A stretch of 64,000 nucleotides of DNA, from NCBI RefSeq assembly GCF_021647265.1, contig NZ_JAKIVA010000004.1, one strand, 5' to 3'. This DNA comes from Lutibacter sp. (lineage in GTDB: Bacteria; Bacteroidota; Bacteroidia; Flavobacteriales; Flavobacteriaceae). Below, piece after piece: positions 48,197 to 58,054 of the stretch (positions are counted from its first letter, which is position 1; each line of letters begins with the position of its first letter). Position numbers and translations under genes: made by a program. Under the pieces are notes generated by a model. The model did no database searches and had not been told where the DNA came from. It saw only the letters and a program-made list of their open reading frames with translations.

Positions 48197-48811
48197 TTAA
48201 AATAGTCCGTTTATTTGTGCATCAATTTTATCAATAACAGAGCCTAAATCTTCAGGTTTGTCAACAAAATCTAAATCATCAACATCAATAATTAAAAGTT
48301 TTCCTTTCGTGTATTTTGAAATCCATGCTTCATAGCGTTCATTTAACCTGCTTAAATAATCAATACTTATGGAGTTTTCATAATCGCGTCCTCTTTTATG
48401 AATTTGCCCCACCAATGTAGGTATAGAAGCGCGTAAATAAATTAATAAATCTGGAGGCGTTACCAATCGTTCCATCAATTCAAACAGCGATTCATAATTT
48501 TTAAAATCTCTATTAGGCATTAAACCCATAGCATGTAGGTTAGGAGCAAAAATACGTGCATCTTCATAAATGGTTCTGTCCTGAATTAAATTTTTACCTG
48601 TTTCTCTAATTTCAAGTATTTGACGAAAACGACTGTTTAAAAAATAAACTTGTAAATTAAATGACCACCGCTCCATTTCACCATAAAAATCATCTAAATA
48701 TGGGTTTTCATCAACAGATTCATAATGGGGCTCCCATTTGTAATGTTTTGCTAAAAGTTTGGTTAAAGTTGTTTTACCTGCTCCTATGTTACCAGCAATT
48801 GCTACGTGCAT
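48197..48811 (-). CDS. Deoxynucleoside kinase (canonical motifs)
   Basis: 204 aa. IAGNIGAGKTTL, YESVDENPYLDDFY, QDRTIYEDARIFA and HKRGRDYE. Confidence 0.88.
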   Translation of the reverse strand: MHVAIAGNIGAGKTTLTKLLAKHYKWEPHYESVDENPYLDDFYGEMERWSFNLQVYFLNSRFRQILEIRETGKNLIQDRTIYEDARIFAPNLHAMGLMPNRDFKNYESLFELMERLVTPPDLLIYLRASIPTLVGQIHKRGRDYENSISIDYLSRLNERYEAWISKYTKGKLLIIDVDDLDFVDKPEDLGSVIDKIDAQINGLF

Positions 48812-49251
48812 ATCAAATTTTTAAGTAAATTTTTAAAAGCACAAGTTAATTAATTTTTTTTTGTTTTTTATGCTCTAATGGAAACTGTTAATAAATTAAT
48901 TTAGGACAGTTAATCTATATCATTAATAACTTGAATAGAAGTGGTTGTAATTCAATTTTTTTGAAGCTTGGTAATAAATATGATAAAACTGCTCTCATTG
49001 AAAACAATTATAACCCTTCGAGTTGGTTATTGCTACTTACTTCTAAATAGTAAAATCAGGAGAACTCAAACAAGTAGTTCTTTCCCCAATACAAAAACTC
49101 TTAACCTATTTAAATATAATAAGGGTTCTTTAATAACAAAGAGTTAAATTTGAGAGATATTAATTTTGAAATTAAAAAAATAAGAAAAGACAAACATATT
49201 GAAATACATAGAGTAAAATAGTATAAATAATTGAATAAATTTTAGATAAGT

Positions 49252-50214
49252 ATGAAAGCAATTTTTCAATATATCATTAATGAAGTCATAAAATGGAAAT
49301 TAAAAAAGAAAAAACTCCCATTAAATAGGTTAGAGAAAGAGGTAATGCATACAAAAATAGAGTTCAAACACTTAATTCGCGATAGTTTTTTTATTCTATT
49401 AGGAATTATATCAGCTACTTTTGGATTGAAAGGATTTTTATTGCCAAATTCCTTTATTGATGGAGGAGTTACAGGAATCTCATTAATTATTACTGAACTA
49501 ACCGAAATACCATTGTCTATATTACTTGTTGTTATTAATCTTCCATTTATAATTATGGCGTTTTCTACAATTGGTAAACAATTTGCTTTAAGAAGTATTA
49601 TTGCCATATTTTTATTGGCAATATTTGTTCATTTTATTCCATTTCCTATTATTACCGAAGATAAATTATTAATTGCAGTTTTTGGTGGTTTCTTTTTAGG
49701 AATGGGAATTGGGCTCGCAATACGAGGAGGATCAGTTATTGATGGAACAGAAGTGTTAGCTGTTTTTATTAGTAGAAAAACAGCAATGACTATAGGAGAT
49801 GTTATTTTAATATTTAACATTATTATTTTTGGAGTTGCAGCGTATGTATTTTCAATAGGAATTGCCCTTTATGCCATACTAACTTATTTATCTGCTTCAA
49901 AAACAATAGATTTTGTGGTCTCAGGAATTGAAGAATATGTTGGAGTTACTATAATTTCTGATAAAAGTGAAGATATTAGATTGGCTATCATTGAAAATAT
50001 GGGTAGAGGTTGTACCATTTATTCAGGAAAAAGAGGTTTTGGCAAACGAGGAGATGTTTTAAAAGAAACAGATATTTTATATACTTTAATAACAAGGTTA
50101 GAATTAGCAAAGTTGCATACTGAAATTGATAAAATTGATACAAAAGCCTTTATTGTAATGCACAGTATTAAAGATGCTAAAGGAGGAATGATAAAAAAAC
50201 GACCTTTGAAATAA
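49252..50214 (+). CDS. YitT-family membrane protein (DUF2179 C-terminal domain)
   Basis: 320 aa. GFLLPNSFIDGGVTGISLI, about 5 TM segments, and a C-terminal soluble domain ...TIYSGKRGFGK....L.T.ITRLE...L...I..ID..AFI. Confidence 0.8.
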   Translation: MKAIFQYIINEVIKWKLKKKKLPLNRLEKEVMHTKIEFKHLIRDSFFILLGIISATFGLKGFLLPNSFIDGGVTGISLIITELTEIPLSILLVVINLPFIIMAFSTIGKQFALRSIIAIFLLAIFVHFIPFPIITEDKLLIAVFGGFFLGMGIGLAIRGGSVIDGTEVLAVFISRKTAMTIGDVILIFNIIIFGVAAYVFSIGIALYAILTYLSASKTIDFVVSGIEEYVGVTIISDKSEDIRLAIIENMGRGCTIYSGKRGFGKRGDVLKETDILYTLITRLELAKLHTEIDKIDTKAFIVMHSIKDAKGGMIKKRPLK

Positions 50215-50269
50215 AATTTTAAATTGTCTTTTTAATGTTAAAAAAATACAATGATAAACGAATACAGGT

Positions 50270-51241
50270 TTATAAAAAAACTTCTAAAATACATGAATAG
50301 GGAGATTTTAATTTTACTTGATTTATGATTGCAGGTAATAACAGTGTTTCACCCATATTTAAAGAGAAGAATTTATTTTTGTATTCCACTTCTAAGTTTC
50401 CTTCTACACATATATAAATTATAAAGGAATCTAATTTAGAGTAATTTTTGGTGAGTTCTCCTTTTATAGAAATAATATTCGTTTTGAAATAGGGAGAATG
50501 GACTAATTTAGTTGAAATGTTTGTTTGAAGACTATAAATGGTTTTGTAATTTTTATGAAATTTAAAATCAATTGCATCTAAAGCTAAATCGTTATGTAAC
50601 GCTCTTTTTCCCCCTGTAATAGTATCAATTCTATTGTAATCATATATTCGATATGTAATGTTAGATGTTTGTTGTATTTCTGCTAATAAAACGCCTGCTC
50701 CAATTGCATGAATTCTACCTGTAGGGATATAATATACATCTCCTTTTTTTACCTTCTCAACATTTAGTAATTTGCATAAGGATGAATTTTTAAGGTATTC
50801 ACCATAGATTTTTTTAGTCGTTTTTTGATTGAATCCAATTATTAATTCTGCGTCTTTTTCAGCTTGCATAACATACCACATTTCATTTTTCCCAAAAGAA
50901 TTATGACGCTTTTTTGCTAAAGAATCTCCCGGATGCACTTGAATAGATAAAGGCTCTTTTGCATCGATAAACTTAATGAGGAGGGGGAAATCATTTCCAA
51001 AAAAGTCATATACATGATTGCCTACAAAATTACCTTTAAATGTTTTAATTAATTGCTTTAAGGTTTTCCCTTTTAAATCACCTTCAGAAACACTTGTTTC
51101 ATTATTTTTTATATCGGATATTTCCCATGATTCACCGATACTTTCTTCATTGTAAATTTTATTTAATACAGTTTTTAATTTTTTCCCACCCCAAATTCGA
51201 TAACTAAAAACTGGGTTAAATTTTAGAGGATATAATTCCAT
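50270..51241 (-). CDS. manA: Class I mannose-6-phosphate isomerase
   Basis: 323 aa. YPLKF.P.F..RIWGG..L, ESWEISD, LLIKFIDAKEPLSIQVHP, NEMWYV, IPTGRIHAIGAGVLLAEIQQTSNITYRIYDYNR. Confidence 0.87.
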   Translation of the reverse strand: MELYPLKFNPVFSYRIWGGKKLKTVLNKIYNEESIGESWEISDIKNNETSVSEGDLKGKTLKQLIKTFKGNFVGNHVYDFFGNDFPLLIKFIDAKEPLSIQVHPGDSLAKKRHNSFGKNEMWYVMQAEKDAELIIGFNQKTTKKIYGEYLKNSSLCKLLNVEKVKKGDVYYIPTGRIHAIGAGVLLAEIQQTSNITYRIYDYNRIDTITGGKRALHNDLALDAIDFKFHKNYKTIYSLQTNISTKLVHSPYFKTNIISIKGELTKNYSKLDSFIIYICVEGNLEVEYKNKFFSLNMGETLLLPAIINQVKLKSPYSCILEVFL

Positions 51242-51279
51242 TTGTTTTTAAATGTTTTGATTAAATGATGTTGTATTTT

Positions 51280-52416
51280 TCAAATGGTAGTATCATTTAT
51301 AAATTTTGCAAATTGAGAAGAGATTTCATAAAGGTATTTTGAACTGTTTAACATTGCATCTTCTACATCTATAGCTTTATCCATTATTGAAGCTGTATAT
51401 GAAAACCCTAAAGATTTTAAAGATTTTTCAGATAATAAAATTGCTCCACATAAGGCAGCTACCCTAATATTGTAATTTTTTGCTGAAGTGAGAACTCCTT
51501 GTATTGTTTTTCCTGAAAGTGTTTGAGAATCTAATTTACCCTCACCAGTAATAATCCAATCAGCTTCTTTAATTTTTTTATCAAAATTAATTATTTCTTT
51601 AATTAAATCTATCCCAGAAATTAGACGGGCATTTAAAAAAATTATTGACCCAGCACCCATTCCTCCAGCAGCTCCTGCTCCTTCAATATTTTGTATGTCA
51701 ATATTAAATTCTTTTTGAAAAATACGGGCAATATGCTCTAAACCCTTATTTAAATAGATTATTTCATTTTGTGAAGCTCCCTTTTGTTGTGCGTAAATAA
51801 ATGCAGCACCATTTTGTCCATATAGTGGATTTTTGACATCACAAGCAACTTTAAAAGTAATTTCCTTTAAAGTACTATTTACTTTTGATGTTTCAATTGT
51901 CTTAATTTTACACATATTTTTCCCAACAGGAATAATTTCTTTGTTCTTTGAATCAAGAAATTTATATCCTAATGCTGTTGCCATTCCAATACCACAATCA
52001 TTGGTTGCACTCCCACCTAAGCCAAGAATGATGGTTTTTGCTCCTCTTTTAATTGCATCTAAAATTAGTTCTCCAGTACCATAAGTTGTTGTATTCATGC
52101 AATTTTGGTCATTAGAACTCAGTAACTTCATACCTGATGCTTCAGCCATTTCAATAAAAGCTGTTTTTGTTTGTGTTATAAATAAGTAAGATGCTTCTAT
52201 TGGTCTAAATAAAGGGTCATTCACTTTTAATTTAATATGATTTGCTTCTAAATGAAAACCTAAGATTTCTATAGTTCCATCACCACCATCAGCTAAAGGT
52301 AACTTTATAATTTCAGCATTTGTAATTAAAGATTTTAGACCTTTTTCTACAGTATTGCAAAACTCAATTCCTGTTAAAGAGCCTTTATATTTATCAGGGG
52401 CAAGAATAATTTTCAT
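51280..52416 (-). CDS. Glycerate kinase
   Basis: 378 aa. MKIILAPDKYKGSL...LADGGDGT and GEGKLDSQTLSGK are GlxK/GarK-family signatures. Confidence 0.88.
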   Translation of the reverse strand: MKIILAPDKYKGSLTGIEFCNTVEKGLKSLITNAEIIKLPLADGGDGTIEILGFHLEANHIKLKVNDPLFRPIEASYLFITQTKTAFIEMAEASGMKLLSSNDQNCMNTTTYGTGELILDAIKRGAKTIILGLGGSATNDCGIGMATALGYKFLDSKNKEIIPVGKNMCKIKTIETSKVNSTLKEITFKVACDVKNPLYGQNGAAFIYAQQKGASQNEIIYLNKGLEHIARIFQKEFNIDIQNIEGAGAAGGMGAGSIIFLNARLISGIDLIKEIINFDKKIKEADWIITGEGKLDSQTLSGKTIQGVLTSAKNYNIRVAALCGAILLSEKSLKSLGFSYTASIMDKAIDVEDAMLNSSKYLYEISSQFAKFINDTTI

Positions 52417-52470
52417 TGTAATGTTTAGGTTTTAATTATATTAAATGCATAAGTTAATTTGCATTAACAC

Positions 52471-53796
52471 CTATACACCAAGTTTTTTTTGAATATCTTC
52501 CAATGATTCTCCTTTGGTTTCGGGCATCATAAATAGGGCAAATAATAGCTGCAATACCATCATTCCTGCAAAAATCGCAAAAATAGGCCAAGGATTCATT
52601 TCAAAAACACTAATAATCACAGGTCCAAGAAGTGTAATTAAAGCCGCAAACACCCAATGTGTACCTGTCCCAAAAGCTGTTCCAGAAGCTCTTACATGAT
52701 TCGGGAATATTTCAGCTATAAACACCCAAATAATTGCCCCCTGCCCAATGGCATGAGATGCAATAAAAGCCATCATTGATGCAACTAAAACTGTTGTTCC
52801 CAAGTCTGCATAAAATGAAAGTGCTATCATTGAAAGACTTATAATATAGCCTATAGATCCTATGATAAGCAATTGTCTCCTACCAGCCCTGTCGATAAAA
52901 TACAATCCTACAAAAGTGAATAATAGGTTAATTCCTCCAATAGCAATAGAATTAAACAACGAATCTTCCGAACCTAAACCTGAAAGACTAAAAATTTCTG
53001 GTGCATAGTAAAGCACAAAATTAATTCCTGATAATTGATTGAAAAAAGCTATTAAAAATGCCAAAACTAGTGGCTTTTTATATTTTTTGAAAAAAGATTC
53101 TTCGTTTAAACTTTGCTTCTCAGATTCAATAATCTCCTGCAGTTCTTTTTCTGGATCTTCTTCCCCCATTTTAATCAACACTTCTCTGGCTCCTTTTATG
53201 TCTTTTTTAACAACTACAAGCCATCTAGGACTTTTAGGAACTCCTAAAATAGCAAAAAAGTATATTGCTGCTGGTAATGCTTCAACACCAATCATCCAAC
53301 GCCAATCATTGTTACCTCCAAATCCTTCTAATAAGTAATTTGAAATAAAGGCTATCAATATTCCTAAAACCAAATTGAATTGGTATAATGCAACCAATTT
53401 CCCTCTATTCTTAGGAGTAGATATCTCAGAAATATAAGCTGGACCAGCTACCGTAGAAGCCCCAACGCCTAAACCTCCAATAAATCTAAAAAATGAAAAT
53501 AGATATGGATCAGTTGCTAATCCTGACCCTACTGCAGATACAAAGTATAATATCCCTATCCAAATCAGGGTATTTTTTCTACCGATTCTTTGGGTAGGGA
53601 TTCCACCAAAAAGTGAACCTACAACTGTTCCCCATAAAGCCATGGACATTATAAATAGGCCATGAAATAAAGGAGTTGTATCCCATAACTCTTTAATAGG
53701 AAGATTAGCTCCTGAAATTACAACGGTATCAAACCCAAATAGAAATCCAGCAAGTGATACTGTAAAAGCCCATAAAATTTGATTATTAATTTTCAT
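52471..53796 (-). CDS. Sugar-porter-family MFS transporter
   Basis: 441 aa. GRKNTLIWIGILYF, PKSPRWL, IDRAGRR and PETKG are sugar porter signatures. Confidence 0.88.
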   Translation of the reverse strand: MKINNQILWAFTVSLAGFLFGFDTVVISGANLPIKELWDTTPLFHGLFIMSMALWGTVVGSLFGGIPTQRIGRKNTLIWIGILYFVSAVGSGLATDPYLFSFFRFIGGLGVGASTVAGPAYISEISTPKNRGKLVALYQFNLVLGILIAFISNYLLEGFGGNNDWRWMIGVEALPAAIYFFAILGVPKSPRWLVVVKKDIKGAREVLIKMGEEDPEKELQEIIESEKQSLNEESFFKKYKKPLVLAFLIAFFNQLSGINFVLYYAPEIFSLSGLGSEDSLFNSIAIGGINLLFTFVGLYFIDRAGRRQLLIIGSIGYIISLSMIALSFYADLGTTVLVASMMAFIASHAIGQGAIIWVFIAEIFPNHVRASGTAFGTGTHWVFAALITLLGPVIISVFEMNPWPIFAIFAGMMVLQLLFALFMMPETKGESLEDIQKKLGV

Positions 53797-53801
53797 AAAT
53801 A

Positions 53802-54983
53802 TTAGTGTATAATTTCACTATCCATTACAGCAACGGCTATTTTAGAATCAGCAGTACCGTAATATAAAAACCATTTGTTTTTAAAATATACGAGTCCTTC
53901 TAAAAAACAAACCTGATTCACTTGTCCGTCAGTTTCATAAGGTTTGTCAGGTTTAAAGAAAGTAGTATCTAACCGGTCAATTATTTTTGATGGATTATTT
54001 TTATCAAATAATACCTGACCAGCAGTATATGTGTTTGGAGGGATTTTTGAATCGCCATATTCAGAACTATTCTTACTATTGTAAATTAATAATATTCCTT
54101 TATTAGTAATAATTGCAGGAGGACCAGGTTCTACTAAGTAACTATCAAATTTACCTTTTCGGGTTTTTAATACGGGTAATAAATCTGGAACTTCTGCGCT
54201 ATGTCCAATCAATTTTTCTTTAGAAAAGGAAGAAGATACATTACGTTCTATAGGGGTCCAATTAATTAAATCATCTGAATGAGCTAGAAAGATATTAGAC
54301 TCTCCAAAATACATCCAATACTTTCCGTTTATTTGCGTTGCTATCATTTTATTTCCTTCCAGTTTACAAACAATAGACCCAGCTTTTGACCAAGTTTTAG
54401 CATATTTTCCATGATATGCATTTTTAAAAATAGACCCATGCTTAGTCCATGACATTAGGTCTGTAGAAGTTGCAATAAAAAGACGAGCTTTATCTCCATT
54501 CCATGCAGTATATGTTAAATAATATGTACCTGTTTCATCCTCTACAATACGGGGGTCTTCACAGCCTCCTTCCCATTCAAATTTTTTAACCTTATCATTT
54601 TCTGGATATAAAACAGGGTTAGGCAGCCTGTTAAAATGCAAACCATCCTCACTAATAGCTAGACCTAAACGAGAAGTCCCTTTATGTTTCCCAACAAAGT
54701 CTTCAGCTCTATATAACATATAAACTTTATTGTCTTTTACTATAGTGGCAGGATTAAAAACATCTTTCCCTTCCCATTTTACGTTCGTATTTCTTATTGG
54801 GCATAAGAATTTAGTATCAGTTTTAGGCTCAAGGATTGGGTTTAGGCTATCTACTTTTACAAAAGAAGTTAATGCCCAAGATTTGTTAGCTTGTTCTTTT
54901 ACTATTTTGGGTTGTTTTTTATTATTGCAGGATATAATCATTATACCAATTGAAACAATGAATGTGATTTTTTTCAAAAACAT
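53802..54983 (-). CDS. GH130-family glycoside hydrolase/phosphorylase with a lipoprotein signal
   Basis: 393 aa. MFLKKITFIVSIGIMIISCNNKK (lipobox). WEGKDVFNPATIVKDNKVYMLYRAED, EGGCEDPRIV and YYLTYTAW indicate the five-bladed propeller GH130 pattern. Confidence 0.78.
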   Translation of the reverse strand: MFLKKITFIVSIGIMIISCNNKKQPKIVKEQANKSWALTSFVKVDSLNPILEPKTDTKFLCPIRNTNVKWEGKDVFNPATIVKDNKVYMLYRAEDFVGKHKGTSRLGLAISEDGLHFNRLPNPVLYPENDKVKKFEWEGGCEDPRIVEDETGTYYLTYTAWNGDKARLFIATSTDLMSWTKHGSIFKNAYHGKYAKTWSKAGSIVCKLEGNKMIATQINGKYWMYFGESNIFLAHSDDLINWTPIERNVSSSFSKEKLIGHSAEVPDLLPVLKTRKGKFDSYLVEPGPPAIITNKGILLIYNSKNSSEYGDSKIPPNTYTAGQVLFDKNNPSKIIDRLDTTFFKPDKPYETDGQVNQVCFLEGLVYFKNKWFLYYGTADSKIAVAVMDSEIIH

Positions 54984-55003
54984 AGGGTCTAATATTTTTT
55001 AAT

Positions 55004-56656
55004 TTATAGTTGTTTAAAAATAGTTGGGATAAAAAAACTAAATACTAAAATTGCAACAAAAAATAGCGTTAGAATATATACCTCTTTTATGAAGAAATCT
55101 GATCTTTTAACAGAAAAACGTATTCCTGAAACATTTTTTATTTTTATATTTTTTGAGAAGAAACTTACGGTATATGCTACGATAAGAGTAATAACTACCC
55201 CCGTAAAATTAAGCCAAATCCAAAAAATGTGTATGCCTAAATTTATATGAAACATCTCTTGTATTGTTTTTGAAAGAATTAAATTCACTAGAACAGCAAT
55301 AATTATTCCTGCATTCATACCAATATGATTAACTTTTTTTGAGAAAAAAGCTAATAAAAAGGTAACTAATACTGGTCCATAAAATACAGAACCAATTGCA
55401 TTTATGATTTCAATAACAGCACTTTTACTTCCTCCAAAAAGAAATGCAGCAGCAATACAAATAACTCCCCAAAAAACAACTGCAGATTTAGAAAGCATCA
55501 TATATTTTTTAGAACTCAATTTCTTTTTACCTCTATTAAAAAAATCTTCAACTGTAACTGCTGATAATGAATTTACGGTAGAACTTAGTGATGACATTGC
55601 TGCTGAGAGAATACCAACCATTAATATACCTATTAAACCATGCGGTAAATATTTTATAATAAATACAGGAATCATTAAATCTGTCTTTATCCCATTTGCA
55701 GCAAACTCTTCTGGGAAGTTTTTTTGGGTTGCGTCAACTATGTCTTGGAGAAAGTCAGGTGCTAAAGTTACTAATCCGCCTACCATAAGCCCCATTACAC
55801 AATACACAAACACAACAGGGAAACGCAAAAGACCATTGGCTAATAACAGAGTTCGTATCGTTTTTTCATTTTTTGCAGATAATAGTCGTTGCGCTTGAGT
55901 TTGATCACAGCCATAATAAGATATATATAAAAAGAAACCACCAATAAGCATAGGTAATAATCCATATTCATTACCTTCTCCAATACCTAAATTATAATTG
56001 ATAACTTGTAATCTTTCGGGTTCAAACCCTTGTGTTAAGCCTCCATGTTCTTGCAAAAGGTTCCAAGCAAAAAACAAACAAATAATTAAGCCTGAAAATA
56101 AAATAATCATTTGAATGGCATCTCCCCAAACTACAGCTTTCATACCTCCCTGCCAAGAGTAAATAATGGTTATTATACTTATTATTAAAATTGTGTAAAT
56201 AAAATCTATGTTTAAAACAGCCTGCAAAATAATAGCAATAGTATATACCATTACACCTGTTCCTAAAGCACGACTAATTTGAAAAACAATACTTAAAATT
56301 AATCTAGTTGAGGTACTAAATCTTTTTTCGACAAATTCATAGATACTTATTACACCAGAGCGAAATAATGGAGGTATAATAACAATCATAATAAAAATCA
56401 TAGCCAATGGGACTGCAAATTCAAAGGTTAGCCATTTCATTCCACCACCTAATTTTAGACCTACAAATGCTGGAGCAGAAATAAAGCTAATGGCAGAAAG
56501 TTGTGTGGCCATGGTTGAAAGGCTTAAAGGAAACCACCCTAAATTTTTACCACCTAAAAAATAATCTTTAGAATTTTTATTTTCTTTAAAAAAGAAACCC
56601 ATTCCTAAAAAGAAAATAATATATGCTATAATTATGCTATAATCTAACCAGTTCAT
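55004..56656 (-). CDS. Sodium:solute symporter (SSS family)
   Basis: 550 aa with about 13-14 TM segments. DYFLGGKNLGWF..SLS.MATQLSAISFI..P and WGDAIQ are SSF signatures. Confidence 0.88.
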   Translation of the reverse strand: MNWLDYSIIIAYIIFFLGMGFFFKENKNSKDYFLGGKNLGWFPLSLSTMATQLSAISFISAPAFVGLKLGGGMKWLTFEFAVPLAMIFIMIVIIPPLFRSGVISIYEFVEKRFSTSTRLILSIVFQISRALGTGVMVYTIAIILQAVLNIDFIYTILIISIITIIYSWQGGMKAVVWGDAIQMIILFSGLIICLFFAWNLLQEHGGLTQGFEPERLQVINYNLGIGEGNEYGLLPMLIGGFFLYISYYGCDQTQAQRLLSAKNEKTIRTLLLANGLLRFPVVFVYCVMGLMVGGLVTLAPDFLQDIVDATQKNFPEEFAANGIKTDLMIPVFIIKYLPHGLIGILMVGILSAAMSSLSSTVNSLSAVTVEDFFNRGKKKLSSKKYMMLSKSAVVFWGVICIAAAFLFGGSKSAVIEIINAIGSVFYGPVLVTFLLAFFSKKVNHIGMNAGIIIAVLVNLILSKTIQEMFHINLGIHIFWIWLNFTGVVITLIVAYTVSFFSKNIKIKNVSGIRFSVKRSDFFIKEVYILTLFFVAILVFSFFIPTIFKQL

Positions 56657-56661
56657 ATATT

Positions 56662-57960
56662 TTATTTTTCATGTAATAAACCAATTATTAAAGCAGCGGT
56701 CCAAGAAAAATTATGACCACCATAACCCGCTTTATCTTTCTCTTTTCTCGCATCAAAATATTCATAAAAACCAAATTTTTTAACTAAAGTAATTGTATCT
56801 TCTTTTGTTCTTTGAGCTTCATTCTCAAAACTATATTGTTTTAGCCCTTTGTATAAAATCCAATTTAGATTTATCCAAACGGGTCCTCTCCAATACTTTT
56901 TTGGCTCATATCGCTCGTTTGAAGGGTCAAATGAGGCGCAAAGATATAGATTCTTTTTTCCAAACTTCTGCATCAATGTTTTTACAAGTACACTCGCTCT
57001 TTCTTTACTGGGAATACCTGCAAATAAAGGAGTAAAGGAAGAGGAAGAAATATATTCCAAATGTTTTTTATTTCGCAAATCATAATGAATATAAGCCCCT
57101 AATTTTTTACTGAAAAGTTTTTTATTAAATGAATGAATACTTTTTTCTTGCCATTTTTTTAATTGATTTACTTTTTCTTGATTATTACCAATAAGATTGT
57201 AAAGTGCAATTAGACTTTGGTTTGATTTTATAAGCATTGAGTTGAACAAAGGGTCTTGTACTAAAAAAGGAGACAATTCAGCTATTTTTTGATCATTATA
57301 ACGATGCTTTTTAGCAATCTCTATAATATGTAAATAGTGGTCGTATTCTCTTTTTGTGGGTCTTTGTGAAGCATCAACGTGAGTTGTATCTCTTCTTTCA
57401 AAAGTATATTTAGGAGGATTCATGGTTTTAAAAATATCATCCCACAACGGTGAATTATCTGTTCCAGACTCCCAATTATGATAAATATAAACCAATCCTT
57501 CATTTAGGATATCTCTATTTTTATAAAAATAATGATGATTATCGTACACTTTATCAATTACTGTTTCAATATACTGTAGTATGTCTTTTTTATCTTTACC
57601 TATTCTATACAATTCCTCCAATACAAATCCTGTTACGGGAGGTTGTGTCATACCAGTAGATTTATATTTTTTTGAAGCTTTAGGGTGCAAATCTGAATGA
57701 TGATAATTAGGTCCTGGGAAATAAGAATCACTTTCATTATGAAAAATAATGTGAGGAATAAATCCATTTTCCCATTGTGCATCTAATAGTGTAGTAATTT
57801 CTTCTTTAGCTTTGGATATATTAAAATAGGCCAACCCAATAGCTATAAACCCTGAATCCCATTTCCATTGAAATGGATACAACCCTTCACAAGGAATACT
57901 AAAACCGTCTCTCCAATTATTTTGAAGGATTTTTATAGCTTCTTTTTCTAATTCGTTCAT
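56662..57960 (-). CDS. GH63-like (alpha/alpha)6 glycoside hydrolase, mannosylglycerate/glucosylglycerate-hydrolase-like; cytoplasmic
   Basis: Start moved to MNELEKEAIK (ATG 57960), giving 432 aa with no signal peptide. YPFQWKWDSGFIAIGL and the C-terminal YEYFD.....GYGGHNFSWTAALIIGLL resemble my recollection of the MGH/GgH (GH63) family. Its size is similar to characterised GgH/MgH enzymes. Confidence 0.62.
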   Translation of the reverse strand: MNELEKEAIKILQNNWRDGFSIPCEGLYPFQWKWDSGFIAIGLAYFNISKAKEEITTLLDAQWENGFIPHIIFHNESDSYFPGPNYHHSDLHPKASKKYKSTGMTQPPVTGFVLEELYRIGKDKKDILQYIETVIDKVYDNHHYFYKNRDILNEGLVYIYHNWESGTDNSPLWDDIFKTMNPPKYTFERRDTTHVDASQRPTKREYDHYLHIIEIAKKHRYNDQKIAELSPFLVQDPLFNSMLIKSNQSLIALYNLIGNNQEKVNQLKKWQEKSIHSFNKKLFSKKLGAYIHYDLRNKKHLEYISSSSFTPLFAGIPSKERASVLVKTLMQKFGKKNLYLCASFDPSNERYEPKKYWRGPVWINLNWILYKGLKQYSFENEAQRTKEDTITLVKKFGFYEYFDARKEKDKAGYGGHNFSWTAALIIGLLHEK

Positions 57961-57980
57961 AAATTTTGTTTTAAGTACTA

Positions 57981-58021
57981 ATAAAAACACCCATTACTTT
58001 TACTTAAGTGTATAAGTAATG
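57981..58021 (-). terminator. Hairpin between the TonB-dependent receptor and the GH63-like gene (possible attenuator or partial terminator)
   Basis: cattactt (57992-57999) pairs with aagtaatg (58014-58021). The loop contains the palindrome acttaagt. A T5 run follows on the minus strand. Confidence 0.3.
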
Positions 58022-58054
58022 AGTGTAATTAATCAAAATACATGTAAAAAATAG

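Noticed and set aside
48980-49153. 57-codon ORF (MIKLLSLKTIITLRVGYCYLLLNSKIRRTQTSSSF...) in the long gap upstream of the YitT-family gene
   Set aside because: It is below the ORF-track threshold and has no motif, no convincing translation signals and a low-complexity composition. It cannot be supported from sequence alone.
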